64,000 nt of DNA, from the NCBI GenBank assembly GCA_963666315.2, contig CAXXHG010000043.1, positions 672,001-736,000 of the forward strand, in the 5' to 3' direction. This DNA comes from Candidatus Binatia bacterium (lineage in GTDB: Bacteria; Desulfobacterota; Binatia; Bin18). This document shows, in pieces, positions 1 through 11,931 of this stretch. Position numbers and translations under genes: made by a program. Position 1 is the stretch's first letter. Every line of letters begins with the position of its first letter. The notes beneath the pieces are model-generated. The model was not told the origin of the DNA, did not search any database, and saw only the letters and a program-made list of their open reading frames with translations.

Positions 1-2
1 AG

Positions 3-140
3 ACGTTCTTGGAGCGCATTCATAATGATGCTCGGAGTACAGCAGCGAGAGTTGATGCACTTAATGCATTCCGTCTTTCATCACAGGGGCTTGTCGTTTC
101 GGAGATCCTCAAAAGAAGAAGCGCTGCCTTGAGAGGCTAG
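3..140 (+). CDS. possible 3' end of a gene entering from the left edge
   Basis: Frame is open from the edge to TAG at 138-140, just before the hairpin at 152-178; no recognisable motif. Confidence 0.3.
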   Translation, partial: TFLERIHNDARSTAARVDALNAFRLSSQGLVVSEILKRRSAALRG

Positions 141-151
141 TATGTGTGAGA

Positions 152-178
152 GGGCAGGGTAGACAATCTACCCTGCCC
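152..178. terminator. perfect 12-bp hairpin, probable terminator of the porin-PII-amt operon
   Basis: GGGCAGGGTAGA-caa-TCTACCCTGCCC. Confidence 0.6.
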
Positions 179-183
179 GCGTA

Positions 184-650
184 TTACGTCTCTTCCGTGC
201 GGAGACGCGGGGCTGATTCCGCCTGTATTGCCCGTCTTGATTGATCGCGGGTCAGCCCGATAGCAGAACTCCTTGGAGAGGACATCTAGGAAGTACCGTA
301 GGCCACGTTCCGAGGTTAAATCCGCACAGCGCGTAGGTCAGGATGCCGATGCAGATAATAAAAGTGTTTTTGAATAAGATATTGACCGTGTTCTTGGATT
401 GGGCCAAATCCGACTCAAGTGAGGCAAAGCCCAGGTGCATAATGAACACGAGCGCCGCCGCGATCATCATCCACAAAGTATGCGCGGTAAACAGGGCGAA
501 GCCCGGTGAAGCAGCAAATTCCGCATAATCTTTGTATTGTGGAGCGTCTTCGGCAAAAGCGAGAGACGCAAGCACACCTGTGCTTAGAGCAGCGCCTGTG
601 GTTAAAACAGCGAATGATCCAATAGAAAATGGAGAAAATAGACGTTTCAT
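184..650 (-). pseudogene. amt: ammonium transporter Amt, truncated or internally deleted
   Basis: Signal peptide then WMMIAAALVFIMHLGFASLE..KNTVNILFKN..GFNL (Amt TM1-2). Similarity stops at about 312; another frame then reads NVAY, like the Amt C-terminal EHGxxAY. Confidence 0.8.
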
Positions 651-793
651 CTCAACCTCCTTGTGCGGTGCACGACCTTCCTGTGCCTGCTGTTGAGATG
701 CCCCTGATATACCCGGTGTTTGGTGCTGCTGCCGAGGCTCTTCCTCTCGTTGCCCTCACAACCTCGGAGCCCCGGCAGGGATCGTACAGTCGG

Positions 794-2424
<1,631 letters not shown>

Positions 2425-2483
2425 GCACTACCGCCTTGATACGAGATATGCCTTGTATTCTGTATAGGGCATCCCTGGTTAAA

Positions 2484-2500
2484 AGCAAAGCTGATGCCAG
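2484..2500 (-). promoter_or_regulatory. sigma54 -24/-12 promoter of porin-PII-amt
   Basis: Minus strand CTGGCATCAGCTTTGCT (GG-N10-GC), 60 bp upstream of the porin start. Confidence 0.85.
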
Positions 2501-2526
2501 ACCTGGAGCGATAAAAACTGTAGAAA

Positions 2527-2607
2527 AATCAAAGATTTTCTGCTTTTGTCAGAAAAAATTGCACAGAAGAGCGGCAATTTGGCAGGCGTCTGCTTAAACT
2601 CTGGACA
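2527..2607. promoter_or_regulatory. IHF-like site plus two NtrC-like enhancer sites
   Basis: AATCAAAGATTTT (2527-2539); TGCAC-N7-CGGCA (2560-2576) and TGCTT-N7-GGACA (2591-2607), 31 bp apart. Confidence 0.5.
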
Positions 2608-2685
2608 GACTAAGTTGACACAACCCCTATGATTTCTGCTATGTGTCCTGTAAGTGCCTAAAAAAGTCTGAAAGGAGAAACGACT

Positions 2686-3300
2686 ATGTCAAATGCCGAT
2701 TTTGAGGTACGTCAATTGCTCAAGGCGTATCGGAAGGGTGTCATCTCGGATGCGCTGTTCGAGGAGCAGATGAATGAACTTTCCAACGACCACACGAATG
2801 GGGCTGGTGCGTACACGTATAATGAGACGAGCCATGCCTCTGAGAAGGATATGATTCTCGCACTCTTAGACGAGTTCCGATGTGGGGAGAATTTTGCGGC
2901 CGAATATCTCAACAGTTGGATTGAGGCCAGTGATCAAGAGTGCGTCAAAGGCGGGTTGCGTACGGTACAGCAGCGTGAGGCCTTTCACGCCCAACTCTTA
3001 GAAGCCCGGCTGCGTGAACTTGGTGGGAGTCCGCAGTGCACGGTCCCGGGTGAGCGTCGGGATAAAGAGCTGCCTTTCTATTCGTCAAAGAAAAAGACCG
3101 ACGTGGAAAAACTCCAATCCATTGCGGAGCTGCTCAAAGATCCCCAAGCCGCGCTTAAGCCGTTAACCGATTCGATAGCTCAGATTCAGGACGATCAGCA
3201 GACCAAAGAACTGTTGCGGACAATTCTTGATGACGAGATGTCGAGCATTAAATGGCTATTAGCGTCGTGTGAGGCGCTGAGCGCGCCACAAGCGGCATAA
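2686..3300 (+). CDS. ferritin-like domain protein with short SHOCT-like N-terminal module
   Basis: AAGGAG RBS; LLKAYRKGVISDALFEEQ; EFRCGE..REAFH..DDEMSS four-helix pattern. Confidence 0.65.
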   Translation: MSNADFEVRQLLKAYRKGVISDALFEEQMNELSNDHTNGAGAYTYNETSHASEKDMILALLDEFRCGENFAAEYLNSWIEASDQECVKGGLRTVQQREAFHAQLLEARLRELGGSPQCTVPGERRDKELPFYSSKKKTDVEKLQSIAELLKDPQAALKPLTDSIAQIQDDQQTKELLRTILDDEMSSIKWLLASCEALSAPQAA

Positions 3301-3333
3301 TGCACTAGGCATTAGCCTAGATAATCACGCTTT

Positions 3334-3365
3334 GCGGAGGGGCACGGTATGCCATGCCCCTCCGT
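3334..3365. repeat. REP-like palindrome / hairpin
   Basis: GCGGAGGGGCACGG-tatg-CCATGCCCCTCCGT. Confidence 0.55.
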
Positions 3366-3393
3366 GTTTAGAGCCCTTTGCTCAGAATGCCTC

Positions 3394-6300
3394 ATGCCCA
3401 GTGTTGACGACGTCTCGCCCAACATTCTCCAGCCGCTCTTTCCCCTCCGTAAAAACCTGACTCCCGCCTGGAATCATATTGTGATCGGTGTTGCCCGCGC
3501 TCCGGACCCCGCGCTGGCTGCGGTCAATTTGAGCCGTTTGGTCGAATACGAGATCGGTACGGGAGAGGTGCTGGGCTCATTTGATCTCTGCTGTGATCTC
3601 TTATTTATCTTAGGCGCAAGCCGGCATCTCACACACGTATTGCTTGGTCAGGGGCGGGACTGGGAGGCGGCCTTTCTGGCGGACTGTGACGCAGCAGAAA
3701 AGACGGCGTCCATCCATCTGTCATCTTTACGAACCAGGCTGACTTTGGATCTGTCTGAAGACGATTTTCGGGCTGGTTTACGGGCGTACCGAAATCGAGA
3801 ATATCTTCGTATCGGGACGCGTGATTTGCTCGCGCGTGCCTCGTTAGAAGAGACGACGCGGGACCTGAGCGCGTTGGCTGAGGCCGCAGTCCAGATTGCG
3901 TATGAATACAGCCGAGCACAGCTCACAGTTGACTGTGGAGAGGCGGTAGTAGGAGAAAAGCCTGGGCGACGCCCGATTGAATTTGTCGTCTTGGGCATGG
4001 GCAAGCTCGGAGGAGAAGAGCTCAATTTTAGCTCGGATATCGACCTTATCTATATGTATGAATGTGACGCGGGGATGACTACAGGCGGGAGAAAAGGACA
4101 GGTGAATGCGCGCACCTTTTTTACCACGCTAGCCCAAAACCTCACCCAAACCCTGAGTATGCCGGTTGCGGGCGGTATTGTCTTTCGGGTTGACCTCGGC
4201 CTGCGACCGGACGGGACAAACGGACACATTGTCAATTCCTTATCCAACACATTGCTCTACTACGAGTCCTGGGGTCAAACCTGGGAGCGAGCTGCACTGC
4301 TCAAAGCGCGGCCGATTGCCGGAGAGAAAACCCTTGGGGAACGATTTTTACACGAGGTTGCACCGTTTATCCTGCGGCGTTATCTCGACTTCACAACGGT
4401 CGAGGACCTGAAAGACATGAAAGCGCGGGTGGAGCGCTCACTACGATGGGCTGACCGAGAACGGATGAACGTCAAGCTCAGCCGTGGCGGTATACGCGAG
4501 GTCGAGTTTATTGCCCAAGTCCTGCAGCTCATCCATGCTGGAAAAGATCCGCGTGTCTTAGAGCGCAATACGCTCCGGGCCCTGGATCGACTCTGTGAAG
4601 GGGCCTATTTGACAGCGGCTGATCGCGATGTCTTGGCCCACGCATACCAATTCCTGCGCCAGGTTGAGCACAAGATTCAAGTCGTGCAGGATCGCCAGAC
4701 GCATACCTTACCGGGCACAGAAGCGGAAATGCGGGCTTTGGCCCGCCGCCTTCGCCTAAATGGCATAAAGGAACAGACTGGAACGGATATCCTAGACCCG
4801 CGGGCCGTCTTTGTGACCACACTCCAGATGCACGCGAGCGCAGTACATCAGATTTTCCGTTCGCTGTTTCAGGTGCCTGACGAAAACCCTGAGGCGCAAG
4901 TCGCTGAAGAGAACGCCAAGATTGAGGCCTTACTCCAAGAGTTGCGGAATGCACAGCGGACGAAACAGCGCCTCGAACGGCTCGGATTTCGAGAACTGGC
5001 GCAGAGCTATGAATGCCTGCGTTTATTGCATGACGGCCCACCGTATGCCCCTGCCTCGCCGAAACGGCGTAAGATCTTCTACGCTCTGGCGCCCATGCTT
5101 TTCCGCGAAGTCTGTCAAGCGCCAGACCCGGATCGGGCCTTGGCCTATATCGCGGAGCTCATTGCCTCCATTGGTGCCCGGTCTAGTTTTTTGGCCTTGC
5201 TGCGCGAAAATCCCCACACGCTGCGTACGTTGATCGGTCTGTTTGGAACCAGTTCGTATTTGTCCCAAATTTTTTTACGCCGACCAGAGCTCCTCGACAG
5301 CTTGGTCCGGGCGGACTTGGTGCATGTCCATAAATCTCGGGCCATGATGTGTGACGAACTCATGGCCCGGATTGATGGGGCTCCTGATTTAGAGGACCGA
5401 CTCGACATCTTACGCCAATATCGGAGTGAAGAATTTCTGCGAATCGGCATTAATGACACGAATGGTTTGCTGGACTTCCCTGCGGTGAGTATGCAGTTGT
5501 CTGACTTAGCCGAGAGCTGTCTGCACGGCGCGTACGAAACGGCGCGGGCGGCACTCCTTGCCCAGTTGGGTCTTACCGCCTTACCCGGACGGATGACTAT
5601 TGTGGCTATGGGGAAATTGGGTGCGGGTGAACTGAATTATAACTCTGATTTAGATCTTATTTTTTTATATGAGCCCGAGGAAAAAAAGGGGAGCCGAGCG
5701 GAGCTGAGTGCGCAAGAGATCTTTACGAAACTTGTCCAGCGGCTTATCTCTGCGCTGCAGGTCCAGACACGGGAAGGCATGGTCTATCAGATCGACACGC
5801 GTCTGCGACCCTCTGGTCGAGCGGGTTCGCTTGTGTCCTCTGTAGTAGCCTTTAAACGCTACCACCAAACGCAGACGCAGCTATGGGAACGCCAGGCGTT
5901 GATCAAGGCCCGCGCCGCTGTTGGAGACCGCCAGCTGATAGACCAAGTCAACGGTCTATTTGAACATTTTGTCTATGCTGAGGTGATTGATGCTGCCGGC
6001 GTTGCCGAGATCCAACGTCTGCGCGGCCGTATGGAACACGAGTTAGCACACGAGACAGCTGAGCGGTTTAATATCAAGACTGGACGGGGAGGTATTGTTG
6101 ATGTCGAGTTCCTTGTCCAGATGCTGCAGTTGCGGTATGGTCAGCGCTTCGACGCACTGAGACAGCGGAATACATTGGCTGCTCTGGATGCCTTGACTGT
6201 ATGTGGCATTGTCTCTGCCGAGGAGAGCCAGGTGCTGACGCAGGGCTATCAGTTCTTACGCAGACTGGAAAACCGACTGCGTATCGAACGAGACCAACCC

Positions 6301-6465
6301 GTCGAAGTATTAGAGAGCGACGCAGAGCAGCTCACGGCACTTGCCCGCCGGATGGGCTATGAAGAGGCGGCACCAGGCCGTCTCTTGCTGGCCGAATATC
6401 AGCGCCAGCGCGAAGCGATTCGAGCGTGCTACAGCCGCTTGTTTGTCCGAGAACAAGGAGACTGA
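3394..6465 (+). CDS. glnE: bifunctional glutamine synthetase adenylyltransferase/deadenylylase
   Basis: Two nucleotidyltransferase domains (MGKLGGEELNFSSDIDLIY; MGKLGAGELNYNSDLDLIF), WERAALLKAR / WERQALIKAR. Start uncertain (3349 or 3394). Confidence 0.95.
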   Translation: MPSVDDVSPNILQPLFPLRKNLTPAWNHIVIGVARAPDPALAAVNLSRLVEYEIGTGEVLGSFDLCCDLLFILGASRHLTHVLLGQGRDWEAAFLADCDAAEKTASIHLSSLRTRLTLDLSEDDFRAGLRAYRNREYLRIGTRDLLARASLEETTRDLSALAEAAVQIAYEYSRAQLTVDCGEAVVGEKPGRRPIEFVVLGMGKLGGEELNFSSDIDLIYMYECDAGMTTGGRKGQVNARTFFTTLAQNLTQTLSMPVAGGIVFRVDLGLRPDGTNGHIVNSLSNTLLYYESWGQTWERAALLKARPIAGEKTLGERFLHEVAPFILRRYLDFTTVEDLKDMKARVERSLRWADRERMNVKLSRGGIREVEFIAQVLQLIHAGKDPRVLERNTLRALDRLCEGAYLTAADRDVLAHAYQFLRQVEHKIQVVQDRQTHTLPGTEAEMRALARRLRLNGIKEQTGTDILDPRAVFVTTLQMHASAVHQIFRSLFQVPDENPEAQVAEENAKIEALLQELRNAQRTKQRLERLGFRELAQSYECLRLLHDGPPYAPASPKRRKIFYALAPMLFREVCQAPDPDRALAYIAELIASIGARSSFLALLRENPHTLRTLIGLFGTSSYLSQIFLRRPELLDSLVRADLVHVHKSRAMMCDELMARIDGAPDLEDRLDILRQYRSEEFLRIGINDTNGLLDFPAVSMQLSDLAESCLHGAYETARAALLAQLGLTALPGRMTIVAMGKLGAGELNYNSDLDLIFLYEPEEKKGSRAELSAQEIFTKLVQRLISALQVQTREGMVYQIDTRLRPSGRAGSLVSSVVAFKRYHQTQTQLWERQALIKARAAVGDRQLIDQVNGLFEHFVYAEVIDAAGVAEIQRLRGRMEHELAHETAERFNIKTGRGGIVDVEFLVQMLQLRYGQRFDALRQRNTLAALDALTVCGIVSAEESQVLTQGYQFLRRLENRLRIERDQPVEVLESDAEQLTALARRMGYEEAAPGRLLLAEYQRQREAIRACYSRLFVREQGD

Positions 6466-6466
6466 C

Positions 6467-7933
6467 ATGAGTGAGGAACAGAAGCCCTCGATCCGGAAAG
6501 AAGATGTCACCGAAGACGGTGGCGCCGAAGAGAACTTTGCTACACTCTTAGGACGCGAACAGACCGGGCCTGCACTGCACACTGGGCAGGTGGTCAAGGG
6601 ACGGGTCATTTTGATTAGTGTGGACAGCGTCTTTGTTGATGTTCGAAATAAAGGTGAGGGCATCATTGACCGCGCAGAACTGGAAAGTACGCAGGGAGAA
6701 CTCGAAGTCTCGGTGGGGGACGAAATCGAAGCGACCATAGTATCAACAGAAGGGGAACTTCGCCTGTCGCGGAAATTACTCAGCGGCGCTCGGGCGCAAG
6801 AGCGGTTGGAGCTGGCCGTAGACAATCAATTACCTGTTGAAGGCAAAGTGACAAATATTATCAAAGGGGGGTATGAAGTCACCGTTGCCGGATTTCGTGC
6901 CTTCTGTCCATTCTCACAGATGGATATGCGCCGACCCGAGTCGTCGGAGGCGTTTCTCGAACAGACGCTAGAGTTCTATGTAACCCGATACAGTGAGAAC
7001 GGACGCAATATCGTTTTGTCACGACGGCAACTGCTCGAAGAGCAGGCGGCCCAAGCGGCGAAAGAAACGCTGCGTACAATCGTACCCGACGCTGTCTTGC
7101 CTGGCACCGTAGCCTCGCTGACGAATTTCGGGGCGTTTATTGACCTGGGCGGGGTCCAGGGGCTGGTGCATGTTTCTGAAATATCTCACTCCCGGTTAGG
7201 AACGCCGGCTGACCGACTCAGTGTTGACGAGGCGGTAACGGTGAAGGTGCTCAAGATTGATGCGCAGACCGGCAAAATTGCGCTCAGTATGAAAGCCCTC
7301 GAAGGAGACCCGTGGGCAGCCGTTGCCGAGCAACTCCGTGAACGACAAGTCGTGAGTGGACGACTCGTCCGGATGGCAGACTTTGGCGCGTTCGTCGAAT
7401 TGCTCTCGGGTGTGGATGGCCTGCTGCATATCAGTGAGATTCCACGTAATCAGCATGGGCAGTTAAAGGAAGCGGTGACGACGCACGGGGAAGTAGCGGT
7501 CTTGATTCTGAGCATTGATCCCGACAAGCGACGCATCGCTCTGGCCCTGGCACCGGAAGGGTTGGTCCCCGGCGATCAAGCTGAGGCCCTGACTCTCACC
7601 CCAGGGGCGGTTGTGACCGGGACAGTCGAACGTATCGAATCGTTTGGCGTGTTTCTGCGTCTTGGCCCTGGGCAGACGGGCTTGATTCCCAATGCTGAGA
7701 TGGGCACCCCGCGCGGGACGGACCACCGTAAAGAATTTCCGCCTGAAACCGAAGTCAAAGTTACCGTGCTGGCAATTGAGGAGGGAGGAAAACGCATTCG
7801 GCTGTCCAGGACTAAGGCACATGCCCACGAAGAGCGGGCCGAAACACAAGCCTATTTGTCATCCACACAAAAACAACAAGGATTTGGACTGAATCTGGGA
7901 GAGTTACTCCAGCAGAGCAAGAAGAAGAAATGA
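6467..7933 (+). CDS. multi-S1-domain RNA-binding protein (ribosomal S1 paralog)
   Basis: About five S1 repeats (FGAFIDLGGVQGLVHVSEIS; FGAFVELLSGVDGLLHISEI); AAGGAG RBS before ATG 6467. Confidence 0.85.
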   Translation: MSEEQKPSIRKEDVTEDGGAEENFATLLGREQTGPALHTGQVVKGRVILISVDSVFVDVRNKGEGIIDRAELESTQGELEVSVGDEIEATIVSTEGELRLSRKLLSGARAQERLELAVDNQLPVEGKVTNIIKGGYEVTVAGFRAFCPFSQMDMRRPESSEAFLEQTLEFYVTRYSENGRNIVLSRRQLLEEQAAQAAKETLRTIVPDAVLPGTVASLTNFGAFIDLGGVQGLVHVSEISHSRLGTPADRLSVDEAVTVKVLKIDAQTGKIALSMKALEGDPWAAVAEQLRERQVVSGRLVRMADFGAFVELLSGVDGLLHISEIPRNQHGQLKEAVTTHGEVAVLILSIDPDKRRIALALAPEGLVPGDQAEALTLTPGAVVTGTVERIESFGVFLRLGPGQTGLIPNAEMGTPRGTDHRKEFPPETEVKVTVLAIEEGGKRIRLSRTKAHAHEERAETQAYLSSTQKQQGFGLNLGELLQQSKKKK

Positions 7934-7977
7934 TGAAGGATCGAAAGAAAGTCAGATGACCAGGAGCGGGAGAACAA

Positions 7978-8649
7978 TTACCCGCTCGCTGAGAGACTGG
8001 CCCGAAGCTGCCGTACGCCTGCACCTGGACCTCCTGGCGCACCGAATATAGCTGAGCCGGCCACAAGGAGTGAGGCCCCTGCGGCAACAACGTGTGGGGC
8101 GGTGGTAGAATCAATACCTCCGTCGACTTCAATTGCGGCATGCGCACCACGTTCATCAAGAAGATGGCGCAGACGACGCACCTTCTCTGTGCTGGAGGCA
8201 ATAAAGCGCTGCCCACCAAACCCAGGATTGACGCTCATGAGGAGGATCTGGTCAACCTCGTCGAGACTCTCTTCCAGCGTCGTCAGGGGAGTGCTGGGAT
8301 TGAGGACCACACCAGCCAGCTTGTCAAGCTGCTTGATTTGCTGAATAGTCCGGTGCAGATGGGGGCAGGTTTCTTGGTGCACGAGGATAATATCGGCTCC
8401 CGCATTAGCAAAATCGACTACATAGCGTTCGGGCTCGACAATCATCAGGTGGACGTCGAGAGGCAAGGTCGTGCTTTTGCGTGCGGCCTCGACGATAAGT
8501 GGGCCTATGCTGATGTTGGGGACAAAACGGCCGTCCATAACGTCTATATGGATACGATCCGCCCCAGCCTGTTCGACTTCGGCAATCTGTTGTCCGAGAC
8601 AGCGAAAGTCAGCAGACAGAATTGAGGGGAGAATTTGGGCTGTAGCCAT
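7978..8649 (-). CDS. rpe: ribulose-phosphate 3-epimerase
   Basis: [40 protein letters not shown]; likely start ATG 8649. Confidence 0.96.
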   Translation of the reverse strand: MATAQILPSILSADFRCLGQQIAEVEQAGADRIHIDVMDGRFVPNISIGPLIVEAARKSTTLPLDVHLMIVEPERYVVDFANAGADIILVHQETCPHLHRTIQQIKQLDKLAGVVLNPSTPLTTLEESLDEVDQILLMSVNPGFGGQRFIASSTEKVRRLRHLLDERGAHAAIEVDGGIDSTTAPHVVAAGASLLVAGSAIFGAPGGPGAGVRQLRASLSASG

Positions 8650-8680
8650 GATTTTCCTCAGCGCCTGCGCTCTTTTCTGC

Positions 8681-9919
8681 CTATCTCCTCCGATGGGGGT
8701 GGAATTCCACATCCCAGCACGCGAGGGTACCCGGCGCAATGGCCTGTGGCGTGCTGGGCGGTGTGAGTGGCAGGGCATAGATGTGAGGTGGTGCGCTTGG
8801 ATCTGATGCTGCTGTCTCAAGGAGATGGCCGGCGACGGCCAACGTGTTTCCATCAGGAGCCAGTAGTGGATGAGAGCAGGCATACTGATCAAAGAATGAA
8901 AACAGCAGGGCCTGCTCTCGGCTGGGAAGGAAACGGACGAGTTCTGTCGTTTCGCCAGTCGTCCGATCAAGTCTATGCCATCTGAGCTGGTTCTGCTGCA
9001 TGTCGACGCTCAGGTAAAACAGGTCGGCTCCGTGCGGAGACCAAAAGAACCCGGCTAGCGGGGTTTCGAGTAACGGGGTGATCTGTCCGGTTGAAAGATC
9101 AAGGAGGCGCAGGCTGGGGAACAGCAGAGAGCCCTGGTGGGCAGTACTGCCAAAGGCGAGCGTTTGCCCATCTGGTGACCACAGGGCTACCGTCATGCCG
9201 GCGGCGACACTTATCGGGGCACTCTCTCCGCTCCGGACGTCGAAGAGCCGCAGGGTCTCGGTTCCGTGTGCATCTCTTTCCACAAACGTGAGCAAATCGC
9301 CGCGTGGCGACCAGGCAGGAACGCGAAACGTTCCTGGCCGAGTAGAGAGCTCTCGCACGATCTGTCCAGTTGAGGCCTCAAGCAGGACAATGCGCGCTGG
9401 CACCGAGTTCTTCCGATCTTCTCCAACGTGGGCGGCCAAAAGCCCGCCCTGCGGAGACCAAGACCAAAACAGTGGCGCTCCACTGAGCAGTGGGGTGGTA
9501 TGGCCAGGTTGGGCTAGGATTATGGTTTCTAACGAGAGCTGCTTTTCTCCGCGTTGAACTAAGACGGTAAACACATCAGCCTGTGGAGACCAGTTGCCGT
9601 AGATGGGCATGCCATCCCCTAATCCTGCCCGCTCCCACGATTCTACCCCGTCTGCGGAAACCGTATACACACCAGCCTGGCCAGTCTCGCCGCGTACAGC
9701 AAAGCAGGCCAGCTGCCTCCCGTCCGGGGACCAGGTCGGCCAGGCATAGGTCAATTGCTGCGAGTCTGCGTTCGCGGGAACGTGGTCATTCCAACTCCAG
9801 GTGAGTTGACGACTCTGACCTGATGGGAAATGGCGGACAAAGATCTGACCGTCTAATCCGATATAAGCAAGTTGAGAAGAGGGAGAAGCGCTGGACTCCG
9901 ACCGGCTTTTCTCACTCAC
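8681..9919 (-). CDS. TolB-like PD40 beta-propeller protein
   Basis: Repeated WSPDG/WSPQG/WSPRG motifs; no obvious signal peptide. Confidence 0.75.
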   Translation of the reverse strand: MSEKSRSESSASPSSQLAYIGLDGQIFVRHFPSGQSRQLTWSWNDHVPANADSQQLTYAWPTWSPDGRQLACFAVRGETGQAGVYTVSADGVESWERAGLGDGMPIYGNWSPQADVFTVLVQRGEKQLSLETIILAQPGHTTPLLSGAPLFWSWSPQGGLLAAHVGEDRKNSVPARIVLLEASTGQIVRELSTRPGTFRVPAWSPRGDLLTFVERDAHGTETLRLFDVRSGESAPISVAAGMTVALWSPDGQTLAFGSTAHQGSLLFPSLRLLDLSTGQITPLLETPLAGFFWSPHGADLFYLSVDMQQNQLRWHRLDRTTGETTELVRFLPSREQALLFSFFDQYACSHPLLAPDGNTLAVAGHLLETAASDPSAPPHIYALPLTPPSTPQAIAPGTLACWDVEFHPHRRR

Positions 9920-10619
9920 GTTTAGCCCCCTCCAGAATCAGAACGGGTTTCTTCCGGCCCCGTTTACGTCGGAGGAGGATATACATCGAACCCAGCCCTC
10001 CATCATGGGGGCGCGCGGATGAGAATGCGCGCACCATTTTAGCCAACCTTCCGCGTGTGAGCCATTGCTTGAGTCTATCTTTAAGAATGGGGAAGTGGCC
10101 GGGAGAGTTTTTGCCGCGGCCGTGCACAACGAGTACGCAGCGTATACTGGCACGAGCAGCGTGGGCCAGGAACTGCTCAATTTCAGAGTAAGCCTCGTCT
10201 GTTTTCATGCCGTGCAAGTCCAATGCCGCCTGACGTGAAAACTCTCCCTGTCTCAATTTGCGGACCAGGCGGGTATCGGTGCCTGCTATACAGCCTTCAA
10301 CATATTCATCTGTGTCGGTGATGTCGAAGTCGCTCCGCCCGGCGACGAGATCGTACAGCTCAGCAACGGCCTCGCTCTCACTTTCTCCGGGAGCGCGGCG
10401 TACCACGCCAGGCGGGGGATTACTCACACGAGGGTCGTGCTTGAGAGGGGTGACATCTCGCATCTCGCGTTGAAAGAGATCCTCATCGTTCTCACTCCTC
10501 TCCTTCTGGATAGGCGCAATTTTCGACACAGCCGGTTTGGCGGGAGGGAGTCCCTCCTTATACGGCTTGAGGGTCTTTTTGAGTTGGCGAAAAGGCGTGT
10601 TGAAGCCCGCCATGGCCAT
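9912..10619 (-). CDS. Smr domain protein
   Basis: LDLHGM..VLVVHGRGKNS..LK..WL..DGGLGSMYILL. Confidence 0.9.
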   Translation of the reverse strand: MAMAGFNTPFRQLKKTLKPYKEGLPPAKPAVSKIAPIQKERSENDEDLFQREMRDVTPLKHDPRVSNPPPGVVRRAPGESESEAVAELYDLVAGRSDFDITDTDEYVEGCIAGTDTRLVRKLRQGEFSRQAALDLHGMKTDEAYSEIEQFLAHAARASIRCVLVVHGRGKNSPGHFPILKDRLKQWLTRGRLAKMVRAFSSARPHDGGLGSMYILLRRKRGRKKPVLILEGAKRE

Positions 10620-10746
10620 GTCATGTTATACGGGAAGAGAGGGGAGGACAAGCAAGGCCGAATACGTCGAGGCAGGCGGCAGAAGGCACAGGACAGACGA
10701 GTAGACTGAGAAGAAAAAGGCGTAGGCGCCGACAGCGGAGAAGAGA

Positions 10747-11553
10747 TTGCTACGAGTAGCACCTTTCTTTATACTCTTCGCCTATGCAGGCAGGAGCGTG
10801 GGGGGGCTGTGCAGCCTGATTTTTATTCTAGCGGGATGTGGTCATACTACACGGTCAGCGACCGCTACTCGGACGATGCTTGCTCCGCCTGGCCACCCCC
10901 CTGGGGTGCATCCGTTGCAGTCCGAAAGTGAGCTCACGAATTTCAATAATCTCAATCCGCAGCCTGGCAGAACTCCGGTTATACACGCTTCACTCTTCGT
11001 CCAAACTGGAATGGCTTCCTGGTACGGGCCGGGGTTTCATGGCAAGCTGACGGCCAATGGGGAAATCTATAACCAATACGACATGACGGCCGCCCATCGG
11101 AGCTTGCCCCTCGGCACTCGTGTCATGGTAACGAATCTCCGAACAGGACAAGCCGTTGAGGTGCGCATTAATGACCGCGGTCCATTTGTCGAAGGGCGTA
11201 TTATTGACTTGTCCTTTGTTGCGGCAAAAAGTATTGGCGTCTACGGGCCAGGGGTCGTAACCGTACGGCTGGAGGTCATTTCCGCCCCGACACGAGTGCT
11301 CTCGGTGTTGTACGCAGTCCAAGTCGGCTCGTATACCGACGCGGCCAAAGCGGCAACGTTCAAATAATATCTCACCAGGCGCTTCACGCCGGTTTATATC
11401 AGTCCGTTTTCAACAAGTCGTTTTCGTTACTACCAAGTGCGCTTAGGTCCGTTTGTAGAACGGCGGCAAGCGGAGCAGCAGGCCCGGGCTCTTGCTCAGA
11501 CTGGAATGTACGCGGTTATAGTTGAAGAAGACGATCGGTGGGCTGAATGGTAA
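10747..11553 (+). pseudogene. rlpA: RlpA septal lytic transglycosylase lipoprotein with in-frame TAA inside the SPOR domain
   Basis: Lipobox LAGC; ASWYGPGFHGKLTANGE..RINDRGPF..RIIDLS. SPOR starts YAVQVGSY, TAA at 11365-11367, same frame continues YQVRLGPF to TAA 11551-11553. Confidence 0.85.
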
Positions 11554-11569
11554 AGCAACGGAAAATCGG

Positions 11570-11896
11570 TCAGTCTTCTCTCCGCGTCTCTCGCTGAATC
11601 CAGTCTAGATAATTCTGTGCCCCGGCCAGAATGGGTAGGGCGATAACCTCCGGCACCTCGTAGGAATGCAGCGTACGGACGCGTGTGGCTAACGCATCGA
11701 ATACATCCGCTTGTGTCTTGATCATCAGCAGCCATTCCCGATCATCGGCAATGCCGCCTTGCCAGCGGTAGAACGAACGGACCGGACTGATGATATTTAC
11801 GCATGCCGCTAGGCGCTCTTCGACGAGAGTTTTGGCAATGCTTTCGGCTTCGGCCTCGGAGCCGGCGGTAACGAAGACGACAATATGCTGTGTCAT
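11570..11896 (-). CDS. cutA: divalent-cation tolerance protein CutA
   Basis: LVEERLAACVN, SFYRWQG, LHSYEVPEVIALP. Confidence 0.93.
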   Translation of the reverse strand: MTQHIVVFVTAGSEAEAESIAKTLVEERLAACVNIISPVRSFYRWQGGIADDREWLLMIKTQADVFDALATRVRTLHSYEVPEVIALPILAGAQNYLDWIQRETRRED

Positions 11897-11931
11897 GCAA
11901 TATGCTGCGTTATGCAATATGCTGCGTCATG
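11881..11931. repeat. 3 x 17-bp tandem repeat across the glutaredoxin stop / cutA start
   Basis: CAATATGCTGTGTCATG-CAATATGCTGCGTTATG-CAATATGCTGCGTCATG. Confidence 0.9.

Noticed and set aside
6467-7933. Calling this the essential rpsA
   Set aside because: It has about five repeats, is divergent and is not beside cmk; a paralog is more likely.
7978-8970. N-terminal extensions in the ORF track (rpe 330 aa, S1 530 aa, lipoprotein 175 aa)
   Set aside because: The extensions overlap neighbouring features; internal ATGs match family starts.
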